A stretch of 63,482 nt of DNA, counting the filler, from Folioceros fuciformis (lineage: Eukaryota): assembly GCA_049999805.1 (NCBI GenBank). It is 5 parts of 5 records of this genome, joined end to end, with 100 filler letters (N's around TTAATTAATTAA, not from the genome) between each part and the next. Parts side by side here need not be neighbours in the genome. Positions count along the whole stretch, not along the records: positions 8,801 to 34,087 come from JBNGIO010001384.1; 4 more parts are not named here. One strand, 5' to 3'. The translations under genes and the position numbers were made by a program. This document shows positions 10,030-26,740 of this stretch, one piece after another (position 1 is the first letter of the stretch; every line of letters begins with the position of its first letter). The notes under the pieces are model-generated. The model was not told the origin of the DNA. It was given only the letters and a program-made list of their open reading frames with translations, and made no database searches.

Positions 10030-12990
10030 ATGGCGGCCTTGACGCTTCCGGCGCTCTCCTCGCCTGCCTGGGCTAATGAGCAGGTGGAATGTCTCCCCAG
10101 GTTGCGGGCGTCTGACTTGTTCAGGTTGCATTCCGTTTCCTTCGGGGGCGGCCCGGATGGCACCAGAACGCAACGACTGTGTCGCCTGCACGTCGTGTCG
10201 CAATCTTCCTCGATCCATACTCCGACCTTGCCCAAGCCCAAGCCGAAGGTGGAGGAGCTCCGAGACCAGCGAGAATTGCAAGCGTTCGTGGATGCCTCTA
10301 AGGGGGCAAACCTGGTTCCCGTCATTCGCCGAATTTTCTCGGACCACTTGACGCCTGTGCTGGCCTACCGCTGTCTCGTGAAGGAGGACGATCGAGAAGC
10401 GCCTAGCTTTCTCTTTGAGTCTGTGGAGCACGGAGTGGATGGAAGTAACGAGGTGGGCTGACTTGTTGCTTGGACTTGGGGTTCTGCTAGCAACGAGAGT
10501 CTGACGTGTTGGAGGTCACTGGTCTGCAGGGGCGTTACAGTTTGGTGGGTGCGCAACCTGCTTTGGAAATTGTTGCTAAGGAGGATGTTATCACGGTTCT
10601 CAATCACGAACAAGGTACCCGAGAGGAGAAGAGGACAGACGATCCGCTGAGAGAGCCAGCTTTGATCTCTCAGAACTGGCGGCCTGCTCGCGTCGACGGA
10701 CTTCCCGATGCTTTCTGTGGTACGTGCAATTGTGCCTTTCAAGAAGGTGGGGTTGGTTGCCGGATCCTACCCTTGACCTAATTATTTGTCGTGTGTTCCA
10801 GGTGGTTGGGTTGGCTACTTTTCTTATGATACTGTCAGATACGTGGAGAAGAGGAAGCTTTCCTTTGAAAAGGCTCCAGAAGATGACAGGGGCCTAGCTG
10901 ATGTGCATTTGGGTCTGTACAACGACGTAGTTGTCTTCGACCACGTTTCCAAGGTGATACCTTCACTACCTTTTTTTGTGGCCCGCATCAACATGGAGGT
11001 GCTAGGGGTCCACTGTGACCTCTGCGAGCCCTTGGACTTGTGTGATTTGAGTTCCCTTGGGCAGTCATGGTTTTGGTTTGTCAAAGGCATGGCATTGTTT
11101 GCCTGATGCCAGGCTCTAATTCACTACAAGATCCAGCACCTTGTCTTACGTTGTTGTCTGTGGAGATTACAGCTTGTGTATGTCATTCACTGGGTCCTCA
11201 CTGACAACTTCGAAACCCCGGAAGAAGCTTTCAGAGATGGTAAACGACGGCTTGAGCTTCTGGTCGCCAGAATTCAGAATGTGGAAGTGTAAGTTTGTCC
11301 TGTTTCACGACAAGTGAGACAGGCGAGTGTTTTCATTGTGTTTTCATCCTGGTATGTATTCGCAGAGCCCTGTTTGTCTCAGGATTTTCCGAAAGCCTTC
11401 TCCATACAGTTACTTATCTGACGGTTGATCAGACGGCTTTCAATCTGCATCCGTTTCTTGTGAAGACCTCCTGTGTTGACGACGCTTGCAGCCTTGGCCA
11501 ACTATGATGATTGCAGTATTTGCCTCTCACGTTGCCTTCTGTTGCTTCAGGCCAAAACTATCTTCTGGAACGGTTGATCTGTCCGTTACACAATTTGGGT
11601 CACAACTCACGGAGTCAAACATGTCACCAGAGCTTTACAAGGCAGCCATATCGCGGGCGAAGGAACACATACTTGCCGGTGATATATTTCAGGTGGTTCT
11701 CAGTCAGCGGTTTGAGCGCCGCACATTTGCGGATCCCTTCGAGGTTTATCGGGCTTTACGGATTGTGAATCCAAGTCCTTACATGATTTACCTGCAGGTA
11801 TCGTTCTGTGCTCCTGTCTTTGGCTTTCCCTGTCAGAGGCCTGCCTGCTTCCAGTATCGTCGCTGTCCACGGAAGTTCTGTAGAATCAGTGTCGACCTTT
11901 AACTTCGTTCCGAGCAATTCTTTGAAATATGATTGCAGGCCAGAGGTGCTATACTGGTTGCTTCCAGCCCTGAAATATTGACTCGAATCGAAAAGGTGAG
12001 AAAGAGTCCTGACGATCTGAAATGTGTCCAAGATTTAGCTAAGGTCTGGAAGCTCACAAGGAAGTTGGGATCTCTTGCAGGGGAAAGTTGTTAACAGGCC
12101 TCTTGCCGGGACTAGAAAGCGCGGCAAGACATTGGAAGAGGACCTGGCTTTGGAACGAGACTTGTTGGCAGATGAGAAGGAGAGAGCAGAGCATGTCATG
12201 CTGGTCGACTTGGGTAGAAACGATGTTGGAAAGGTATGTTTACCAGGTGGCAAGCTTGAAATAGGGGATAGTAACACTGAGGGGAAGTGTGCGTTTTGAC
12301 AGCACAGTTGTCTTAATGCAGGTCTCCAAGGCCGGTACTGTGAAGGTGGAAAAGCTTATGGAAGTGGAGCGTTACTCCCATGTCATGCACATCAGCTCAA
12401 CAGTCAGTATCGTGTGTATTCGAATGTTACATTTCTGGGTTTTCGTCCTCGTGGGCTTGTCGACACTCACTTCCTTATCTGTTATCAGGTGACGGGGGAA
12501 TTGGCTGATGACTTCTCTTGTTGGGATGCACTTCGTGCTGCTCTGCCAGTAGGCACAGTCAGTGGAGCACCCAAGGTCCAAGCCGGGAACCCAGTTGGAA
12601 AGAAGAAAGATTGCTTTTCTCACATCAATTCGAAACGTGTTCGTAACACGTGTTTTTTTTCTGTTGCAGGTTAGAGCAATGCAAATCATCGATGAGTTGG
12701 AGCCAACTATGCGAGGGCCTTACAGCGGTGGCATTGGAGCCGTTTCGTTTTCTGGGGATATGGATATAGCGTTAGCTCTGCGCACCATGGTTTTCCCCAC
12801 ATTTGCCCGATATGATACCATGTATTCCTACGTGACCGCCAACAACAGGCGTGAATGGATCGTGCATTTGCAAACAGGTGCAGGCATAGTGGCAGACAGT
12901 GACCCAGATTCTGAGATGGACGAATGCCGCAACAAAGCTGCTGGGCTGGGGAGAGCTATTGACCTCGCAGAGAGCGCATTTGTGGCTTGA
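10030..12990 (+). CDS. ASA: Anthranilate synthase alpha subunit (plastid; multi-exon)
   Basis: [126 protein letters not shown] and [14 protein letters not shown] introns. Confidence 0.97.
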
Positions 12991-13189
12991 GTCGGAGCCC
13001 CATGGGCCCTCGGCGAAACGAGGCGGGGGCGGTGCAACTTCCAAGGAATGACCTGCGTAGCATTCTTGGAGGAATGCACTCATAAAAGACAAGTCTGTAT
13101 GTGGAGTATGCCGGCCGCATGTCATGCGGCTTGGGGTGTTAAGAACAAGTAAAAAAGTGTTTTGGAACATGTGCTCCTCTGAAAAGGAA

Positions 13190-14200
13190 TTAGCTGAAAA
13201 CCAAGAGGCCAGCCAAGATCGACGATAGAGGAACAGTAAAATTGTCGTCCAAAGTTGTGCTGATGGGCAGTGACTCCACAAGAGCCGCAGTGAATGCAAC
13301 CACCGCAGCTCCCAACCCCAACCGCAGGGTGAATGGAAAGTAGCCCAAGGAAGAAAAGAGCCAGAGGTAGAGCAAAGACACAACAGTAGACATGACGAAC
13401 ATGGCCAAGGAACCCGCGTACGACTTACTGGCGTTGTAGGGCAACTTAGCACCGGATCCCAAACGCCTGCCGACTATGTCAGCGAATCCGTCTCCTGCGC
13501 ACAGATTTACTACAGCCACGATTCCCACAGGCGAGGTCCGCCAGAAGAGCATTGTGACCAGGCTTATGGTGATGGCATAGTACAGAGGCCCCCTAAGCAG
13601 CTCCCGGTGGTCGCCTTCCCTACTCATTGCCTTCACCAGGGCCTCATCCTTCCAGACGCCGTACCCCAGCAGTAGCATCCGCACGGCGTTCCCTGCCGGG
13701 GCCAACGCCGCCAGCACCGGGCACAGCGAGCTACTACTGAATAGCGGCCAGAAGAGCATGAAAGACAGGCCTATGGTGACGTGCACTAGCTTCCGGCTCA
13801 GCTTTCTGTCCAGAGCATTCCTTCGAGCCAGCTCGTCGAAGAGCTTGAGCAACGCCAGCGCCCCTGCCATGGTGGCCGCGCACGCCAGCAGATCGTGCAT
13901 CAGCGTCGACTCTATGGTCATGGTCGCAACAGCTGGTGCTGCCACCGCTACCGGTGAAACGGAGACGGCAACACGCTTCCCCTGCTGCCTATCACAGAGA
14001 GGCTCCTCCCGCAGTGACCAGGGACACGTCAAGAGGCGGCGCACATTCTCTCGCTCGGTTGATAAATCCCGCCTCCATCGCCAGGAGCGGGATCCGCCAG
14101 CAGCGGGGGACAGGAAGGAGTTGGAGGAAGCGACGGATACATATACAGAGCTGGTCCAGGCGCCGTCGAGCGGCGACACGAGGGGCCTGGAGAGAGCCAT
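13190..14200 (-). CDS. FOLK: Farnesol kinase / phytol kinase family (CTP-dependent isoprenoid kinase), FOLK-like, single exon
   Basis: 336-aa ORF with a transit-peptide-like N-terminus and the motifs SRKLVH, ELLRGPLYY, NLCAGDGFADIVGRR, LPYNASKSYAGS and ESLPISTTLDDN. NLCAGDG is closer to FOLK than to VTE5. Confidence 0.85.
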   Translation of the reverse strand: MALSRPLVSPLDGAWTSSVYVSVASSNSFLSPAAGGSRSWRWRRDLSTERENVRRLLTCPWSLREEPLCDRQQGKRVAVSVSPVAVAAPAVATMTIESTLMHDLLACAATMAGALALLKLFDELARRNALDRKLSRKLVHVTIGLSFMLFWPLFSSSSLCPVLAALAPAGNAVRMLLLGYGVWKDEALVKAMSREGDHRELLRGPLYYAITISLVTMLFWRTSPVGIVAVVNLCAGDGFADIVGRRLGSGAKLPYNASKSYAGSLAMFVMSTVVSLLYLWLFSSLGYFPFTLRLGLGAAVVAFTAALVESLPISTTLDDNFTVPLSSILAGLLVFS

Positions 14201-14484
14201 GGTGCGAGACTGCCGTCGGTCGCGGCCATGCCTGCTGGCTGTTCGGTACCGTCTTCTTCTCCCCGTAGAGGCCCTGGCGGGGAATCATTCTCATGTGGGC
14301 GGCTCTGGGAAAGCGCCAGCGAGCGACTCCATTGGTTCACCTATCTCGGGCGCATTATCCTCAAGCTTGTTTGCCCTAATTTAACACGCGCTGGGCGCCC
14401 TAATGCTGTTCGGGGGGAAAGGGCGCGGGGGTAAGGCGCAAGTCCAATCTCGTGTAACGTTGTTGCCGCTGGCGAGCCGGCGGG

Positions 14485-15308
14485 ATGGGAGTAGGGCAGT
14501 TGCTGTGGCTCACGATGAAGCGGGTGATGGGAGGCGTGGTGATCGGGGTCACCATCTCCGACAGGTTCGGGACAGTGGCCACCATGAGCGGGCGGTCCAT
14601 GGAGCCAACGCTGCATCCTGGGAGCCACGGCACGTTCGGGAGATTAGAGTCCGACATCGTGCTGCTGGAAAGGCTGTGCTTGCGGGGCTACAGCTTCTCG
14701 CGGGGAGACGTGGTTGCCTTCAGGTTTGCATTTTCCTTTGCTTGGCTTGGCTTTGCGTTGCGTTGCTTTGCTTTGCTTTCGTGTGTGTGCAGTGCTTGCG
14801 AGGAAGCAAGCCGTGACTGTTGGCGATGAGGCGGAATTAGGACTCGTTCTGATGTTGTCGCCTGTGATCCCTGCCTGCTACAGCTCGTTCTGAGCGGGAA
14901 CCTGGTGGTCGCGTTCAAATGGCAGGTCCCCGGGCGAGCCTGGCATTCTCATGGTGAAGAGGCTGATTGCGTTGCAGGGCGATTGGGTCACCGTGCCCGG
15001 CTCCTACGACATCCTCCAGGTCCCAAAGGGCCACTGCTGGGTGGAGGGAGACAACGCGGAAGTGAGCTTTGACTCAAGAGCCTTCGGTCCTGTGAGTCCC
15101 GTCCCTCAAATTACTACTCCTCTGTTTCCGTCCAACGCTGTGTGAAGCGAGCACCCATGTGTCATGTACTCACTGGGGCCACGTGCGTGTGCAGATCCCG
15201 CTGGCCTTGATGCATGGCCGAGTGACCCATGTGATCTGGCCCCCTGCCAGGTTCGGCGCTGTGCCTCAGAGGGTACCTGAAGACCGGATCATCAAGAAGA
15301 AGACATGA
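14485..15308 (+). CDS. IMP2: Mitochondrial inner membrane protease subunit 2 (peptidase S26); exons 14485-14723, 14926-15091, 15195-15308
   Basis: GRSMEPTL (catalytic Ser), RGDVVAFRSP, VKRLIAL (catalytic Lys), VPKGHCWVEGDN, DSRAFGPIPL and GRVTHVIWPPAR; all junctions GT-AG and in frame. Confidence 0.92.
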
Positions 15309-17211
15309 AGTTATCACTCCCTTCCCTTCCTGCCTCGCAGCGCCAGCCAGCCGGCTAGCCTGAACCTGAACACCCATTGTCAAGGCCTGGAGATTATATG
15401 CTTTGAGTGTTGACTCGACCAAATTAGGGCAACGGAGGAGGAAGGGCCCCCGCCCCCGGGGTTGCAGCGTGTCTTCCTCCTCCGTGCAACCTTCGCTTCC
15501 CCACTGTGTCGTAGCATCGATCAGATGGTGTGTCACCACCCTTTTGGCATTGAAATTATTTACTCAATGCCGATTGAAAGCTGTAGGTGAAGCGTGTCGT
15601 GGGGAGTGGTGTACTCCCTGTCCCACCTTGGTGTGCAGGGGTTCAGTTTATCAGAGGGAGAAGGGCACTCCTTCGTTGCGCTGGCTTGGACTGATGCGTG
15701 GAGAGAACAGTTGAATATTTTTCCCCTGGAGACGTGTAGGTGGGACAAGTTCAAGTATCGGACAGGGCATGTGTGTACGGTGCGGCATGGGCAAGGGACC
15801 AGGTAGGCCCGGGGCGGGGGCGGGGCGCGGGGCGCGGTGCGCGGGCTCCGAGACCAAGGCATGATCCGATCACCGAGAGCAGCAGCAGAGCTAGAACAAA
15901 AGCGAATGAACACTTGGTAACACTGGCCCTGGGACTGGCACGGGCACGCACAGGAATCAGGAGTGAGTTCGCGCAGCCTTGCCACGTGGACTTGTGCCGC
16001 GTGGCGGATAACTGTCTGGGCTTACTCAAAGTGGGCCCCAATTGAGTGTCCGCCCCACAGGCCATGCGGCCCATGCCTCCCCTCCGCTCCCGAGTCATAT
16101 CAATTCGTTCGTATCGTATGTGGTACAGCTATAAGAATATGCCATTTTTGGGGAATATCTACTGCCTTTATTTCTTCTCTCAATCCAAGATAGGACCCTA
16201 AAATCACATCCTAAATCACAGGGATTATGGCGCTCTACCATCTGTGGGTATGAAGTTACGCATGGCGTGAAGCCCAGCCTGGACCGGGCCGAGCCGGGTG
16301 CGGGTCTGGATCCTCCTTCGGAATGTGTGCACTGCATACCTGACCTGCCTGACGCATACTACTATACGAGTACAGTATGTGGTGTACATGCCATTAGCGA
16401 CATACAAGTACTGTATCGTGAAATGAAATGAGGACCTCAGACCCTGTTCGGCAAGCGTGCATGCTTTTTGGTTTGTGTAAATATGCAGACAAAGTGCGGG
16501 ATGATGCGCACATGTCCATTGCGTAGCTCCATTGCAGATGCATGACGACCGGACCGGCCCGGCCCGGGGTGTTGGCGTCTTGACAAGCTTTCACCCAGAC
16601 ATGAGAGATTAGCGATTGCGGAGAGAGAGAAGGCGTCTGCGTCACTGTTTCGTTCTCACTGTCTAGGCCTCCTTTCTCCAGGGAGCCTGTGGCAGGCTGT
16701 CGTCGCATCCTCAAGCCACACCGCAGCACACAACAGCACAACGCACCAAACTCACACCCCGGGCCCTGGAGCAGGCGCAGGCGCAGGCCAGCGCGCTTTC
16801 TCAGGGACGGACCGCGTCGGAGCCACGCACCCCACTGCGCCTGGCATTCTCTCATTGACGTGCAAGCTGTGCGGGTGTGAGCACGGGATTCTTGCCATTT
16901 TGTCTGCACCACAGCAGCGCAGCCGGGGACGACGAGTGCACCCGCACCCGGATTTCTCTTCGTTCCACTGCAGGAGCAAGCATTGAGTCTCTTGCGCCTA
17001 TGCCGGGAATCGCCTCTGCAACACGCATGCTCTAGAGTGTGCGCGCCTGGCTGGCACTCGGATTACGCCAATCTCTGGCGAGGCGGTTGTGCTTCTTTCT
17101 CAGGGTTAGGCGGGCAGTGGACAAGCTGCCTCGCGCGGTTTGGTGCGCTGCGTTGCATCGCGTCTTGCTGCGGTGCTGGCTCTGGAGGCTCTGCGCACAT
17201 TTTAAATCGCC

Positions 17212-21508
<4,297 letters not shown>

Positions 21509-22070
21509 GGCTCTTAAGGCGGCGGGCGATGGAAACAGCCGTCGGTCTGGGTCGTCTTGGCGTGTTGTTAGAACACGGTGTAGGAAGGGATGGTTGTTTT
21601 CCTGGAAGGTAACAACCATCTCTTAGGGAAAGAGACTTGATTTGTATATTCACGAACTGTAATCTCTGTGCACATGTGACGCATGCCGTCATGCGATTCA
21701 AAGGAAACTGACCCCTTTCTCTTTTTTGTCCTTCAATTTCCTGTGAGGCCAGCAGGCCCGTCCCCATCATCAATGCGCAGTCGGTACGTCTTGATACTGG
21801 AGTGGCGCCATCCCATTTGCTGAGGCTTGTGGTTCGAACACGGACGCGGTTAACAGTGGGCGACACTTCGACCCGTGCTGTACTGTATCTCCGAGCTTCC
21901 TGCTCCCCCTGTCCCTCTCCTGCCCAGCGCGTCTTTCCCGCCGAACTAGCCGAACATTTGAGTGTTCCGGATGGAGGCAGAAGGAGCTACAGGTGGGTAG
22001 AGGACGCTCTCCGCTTGTCTCTTGCCTCTGTGATCATCTACTTTCGGATTGCTTTCCCAGCTGCCTCGAC

Positions 22071-25000
22071 ATGGACATTCTCGAGTTGAAGTCCGGGAAT
22101 TACGCCAAGCAGGATGAGCAGCTCTACAGGCGTTGGTTCGACTACGCGGACGCAGGTGCGCTCGCTGTCGCGTTCGGAATTCACCAATCTTGGCTACGAT
22201 GGCATGAGCTTTCTTTAACCTCAACGTGATACCAGCTTCTTGGATTCTCATCGCTCCCTTCAGCAACCGGTCGCGCCCGGCTTAGCTGGCCGATGGTGTG
22301 GGCGATCGCAGTCCTAGCTTGTAGCAGCCGTGTGGACTGAGCTATGAATCGTTCACTTCTGTCATTGCTCGATCTGGACCAAACAAAACTTGCCGTTCGT
22401 TGTTGGATCGGATTTGTATCCGTGCACGGGCACTGATTGAACTGCTTTGTTCTTGCATGCAGACGGCGATGGACGGATCACAGGCCCGGATGCTGTTAAA
22501 TTTTTCTCACTATCCGACCTTCCGAGGAACGACCTCAAGCAGGTACTGTTCCCAACAAGGCCTATTGGTCAGTTTGTCAGTGCTTGCACAGCTATTGATC
22601 CCTGGCAGTCTCTGGAGATGCGAGTCTTTCAGTGATTATTGTGACAAGTGGAGCTAATCCCTGTGATTCTAGGTGTGGGCAGTTGCAGATGCAAAGCGGC
22701 AGGGATTTTTGGGCTTCAAAGAGTTTGTGACTGCAATGCAGGTTTGTCCTTCGATCTGTCTCCACAGGACAGGACTGACGTGGCAGTGATATGGAAGGAA
22801 CTTTTGTGCACTGTGTGTGTTGAAGCTCGAACCCATTTTATGATAAGACGTGCCGCTAATATCCATGGGCCAGGCCTGACACCAAATCGCTGTCCAGATT
22901 ATTTCTCTCGCTCAAACAGGCAACGAGATCAGTGCTGATATCCTGAAGAGGCGCGGTAAATCTATGCTCACAATGTTCTGAGGATGGTCACTTCCTTAAT
23001 TTGATCAAAGTGGGACTCCTTGTTCTGACCTTGTATCATCCTCATCAGACCTGTCCGAGATAAGCCCCCCAGTTTTCAATGGACTTGACGAGTTGTTGAC
23101 TGTGAGTATGCCTCAAGCAAGATCACGAATGCCAGGGGTATTTAATATGATTTGGTAGAAGAGATTTACCACGCTTAGTTTGCTGCAGTGTGTTAGCTGA
23201 TTCCTTCTTTGGCCATTTTCAGGTCCCACCAGTGGAAGTAGGCTATGCCAATGGTTAGTCTGTTTCTCCTTGTCAATTTGCAAACAGTGTAGGACTTTTT
23301 TCTCTGCAGTGCAGTTGTTAAGCTAATGATGGGGATTTGATGGCAGGCAGTCCTCCGCAGCAATCACAGACTACGCAATGGTTTTCACAAAAAACTCCAC
23401 GGAAGGTGTGCTGTTACGAACTGTTGCAACTGAATTCCAAGTCTTTTCGTCAGATATCCAAAGGAAGCACATTTCAATTTCTTCTTTGGTAGACTGATGA
23501 GGGCAAGTTGCAGGAGTTGTCCAAAGCAACAGTTACTTCGGTGATTGATGGGCTGAAGAAGCTGTACATAGAGAAACTTAAGCCTTTGGAGGTGACCTAC
23601 AGATTTAATGACTTTGTGTCTCCTATATTGGTAAGAATTCTTAGCTGTTGTCTACAAAGGCAGTTCCATGATGCACAGGGTGTGTTTGGTGTCTGTTTGG
23701 ACGTCCACATTTGTTAAATTGCTGAACCTCATCGGTCTCTGCAGACAGAGAGTGATTTTGATGCCAAACCCATGGTTATGTTGCTTGGGCAATATTCCAC
23801 TGGGAAGACCACGTTTATTAAACATCTTTTGAGAACTGGCTATCCAGGTAAGGCGTAGGTGCCCACGTTACTCGCCCTCTGTCTGTTTCACAAGGTTTCG
23901 CTTATGAACACCATAGCGTTCTTTGTTTCATAGTTATTCGTTTGAAGATTCTCAACGGTTGCTCTTCCATGTGTAGGGGCTCACATTGGGCCAGAACCCA
24001 CAACAGATCGATTTGTAGTTGTGATGGTACGTGTGTGGCGATTCATGGTCAATGTTGCGAAAACTCCAGTAAGCATCACTGTGTTCCTTTATGACTCCTT
24101 TTTGCCTGGCAGGGTGGCACAGATGAAAGAAATGTTCCAGGGAATACAATAGCAGTGCAAGCGGATATGCCCTTCAGTGGGCTGACAAGATTTGGAACTG
24201 CTTTCCTCTCCAAGTTTGAGTGCTCACAGATGCCACATTCGGTGAGTTGATGTGTAGAATTGTTGATGTGAGAGTGTCCGTTTGCTGCATGAGTAGGTCT
24301 CATGATAGTCTTCGCTTTGGGTGTTGTTGGTACGTGCTTGGCAGCTTTTGGAGCACATATCGTTTGTGGACACACCTGGTGTGTTATCCGGAGAGAAGCA
24401 ACGCACTCAACGGAGCTACGATTTCACCGGTGTCACTGAATGGTTTGCAGCCAAGTGTGACATGATCTTGCTTCTGTTTGACCCGCATAAGCTGGACATC
24501 AGTGATGAATTCAAGCGTGTGATTGGGTCGTTACGAGGGCATGATGATAAAATCCGGGTTGTACTGAACAAGGCTGATCAAGTGGATACACAGCAGGTGA
24601 GTTTCTGAAGACGTTGGCGATTCATCACGAGAGCTTCGCTCATTATCATGTGTGTGTGTGCTCTTGTGCGGACAGCTTATGCGGGTGTATGGAGCTTTGA
24701 TGTGGTCTCTCGGGAAGGTCCTGAATACTCCTGAGGTCATGCGAGTGTACATCGGGTAAGCAACTGTAGATCCCTCCTGCTGTAAGTGAGCAGTGAAATA
24801 GTGGTTCTAACAGTTGGCTGCTTTGCAGGTCATTCAACGACAAAGGTATCAATGAAAGTGCTCTGGGTCCAATAGGCAAGGAGCTCTTCGAGAGGGAGCA
24901 AAACGATCTGCTGGCAGACTTGAAGGACATCCCGAGAAAAGCCTGTGACCGACGTGTAAGAAAGAGCTGTGTGAAGAGGAAATTGTGTTTGAAGGGAGTA

Positions 25001-25470
25001 AGGTGTTTGAAGGCAAGTTTTCAAAGCATTGCGTGGTGGTTGTACAGATTAATGAGTTTGTGAAACGTGCTCGAGCTGCCAAAATTCATGCTTACATCAT
25101 CAGCCACCTGAAAAAAGAGATGCCTGCGATGATGGGGAAAAACAAGGCGCAACAACGGCTTATCGATGATTTGGATCTTGAGTTTGCCAAGGTATGGATT
25201 TTGGACCAGCCGTCAGCCATTGATGGTTCTTTGGAGTCGCATGGGGCACTGAAGTTGGACGTTGGACCCTTTTGACGGGAGCAGGTTCAACGAGAGTACC
25301 ATCTACCTGCGGGGGATTTTCCAAACGTGGACCAATTTCGGGACAGGTTATCAGGCTACAGCATCGACAAGTTTGAAAAGATACGTCCCAAAATGATTCA
25401 GGCGGTGGATGACATGCTGGGTCATGATATTCCAAACTTGCTCAAGAAGTTCCGTAATCCGTACGAGTGA
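22071..25470 (+). CDS. EHD1: EH-domain-containing dynamin-like ATPase (plant EHD1/EHD2 type; multi-exon)
   Basis: N-terminal EH domain (WFDYADADGDGRITGPDAVKFF, VWAVADAKRQGFLGFKEFVTAMQ), P-loop LLGQYSTGKTTFI, IGPEPTTDRF, DTPGVLSGEKQR, LNKADQVD and C-terminal KFRNPYE*. Confidence 0.93.
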
Positions 25471-26645
25471 AAGGCACGTGTGTTGGACGTTGTATCTGCG
25501 AGTGGGAGGTCCATTTGGTGATAGAAATGGAGCACTATATATATGTATACTGATGGATGGTCAGGATTCAAGTACATACAGACACGGAGATACAGAGCGG
25601 TATCCGTAGAGTCGTAGGCAGCAGGAATGCAGTTGTGGCGGCCTTGTGTGGCGTGCCACTGCGGTGGTTGTTGTGTCGCGAACATTCTTTTTCATGAAGA
25701 GCATCCCATTTCCTCAGTCCCGGAAATGCAACGGTCGAAGGTGAAAAGCCGGTAGTCCGATTGGCTTGTTGGCGACGGCTCAGTGGCAGTGGAACACTGT
25801 TTTGGTGGCATCACGGGGGGCGGGCAGGCGTGGAAGTCGGAGATCCCGGATCCGGGATCCGGAATCGGAGTCGGGGAAAAGGAGTGAAGCAGACGTCAGG
25901 CACACTCACTCCGGCTGGCAGGCTAACAAACAGGTGCCGTAGGTACAAACGGCAGGTGTATGTGAATGGGCAGCAGCGCTGGGCCACCAGGAGAGGAGAG
26001 GAGAGGCGAGGCGACGTGAATTGCCCACTGCTTGCTTCTGCACCAGCAACCTCTGTGCCGAGCCTCCCGGGAGCCCAGCCCAGGCAGGCCCTGCCCTTCT
26101 GCTGCTGCTGCACGCCGTGGCCACACAGCCTGCGTGCCCCGTCCTTGACAAGCTCAAGGCTCTACCTCTCCCTTGCTTTTGATGTGGTCCCGCACCCAGC
26201 ACCTGGTCCACGAGGGAGTGAGTGACAGCGAAAGCGGCTCTTGTGGTGCACCGCCATTAGCTATACAACATCATGCAAGCTCAAATTAGTCCGGAATCCT
26301 TCATGGTCGGCCCAACGAGCGGCACTGTGCACACTCACGCTGTCAACACTGTTGTGATGATATGCGGCCTGCAGGGGAGGGGCCAGACCAGGCGCCTCCC
26401 GGCCCGGTCGACTCGTAATGTAACTTTGATTCTCACCTCCCTTCCTAGGCTACAATAAGCGGTGCACTGTACCAGCTACATGCATTGGCCAGCACCAGAC
26501 TGCACTGCAGTCATGTACATAGTCACCAGTGCACGTACTACATACATGGTGCATGCTAGCTACTGCTTTCACCAGTGCAACTACTGTACATGCATGGCTT
26601 GGTGTCCACGGAGGCGAGCTTCAGGCCCAGAACCCGATGGCCGAC

Positions 26646-26740
26646 CTGGCCCTGGCTCTGGCCCTGGCTCTGGCCCTGGCTCTGGCCCAGAGCCAGAGCC
26701 AGGGCCAGGGCCTGAGCCGGACCTGGACCTGGACCTGGAA
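26646..26740. repeat. Hexamer-based low-complexity tract (CTGGCC/CTGGCT, GAGCCA, GGACCT)
   Basis: Direct reading of cctggccctggctctggccctggctct...gagccagagccagagcc...ggacctggacctggacctgg. Confidence 0.8.
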
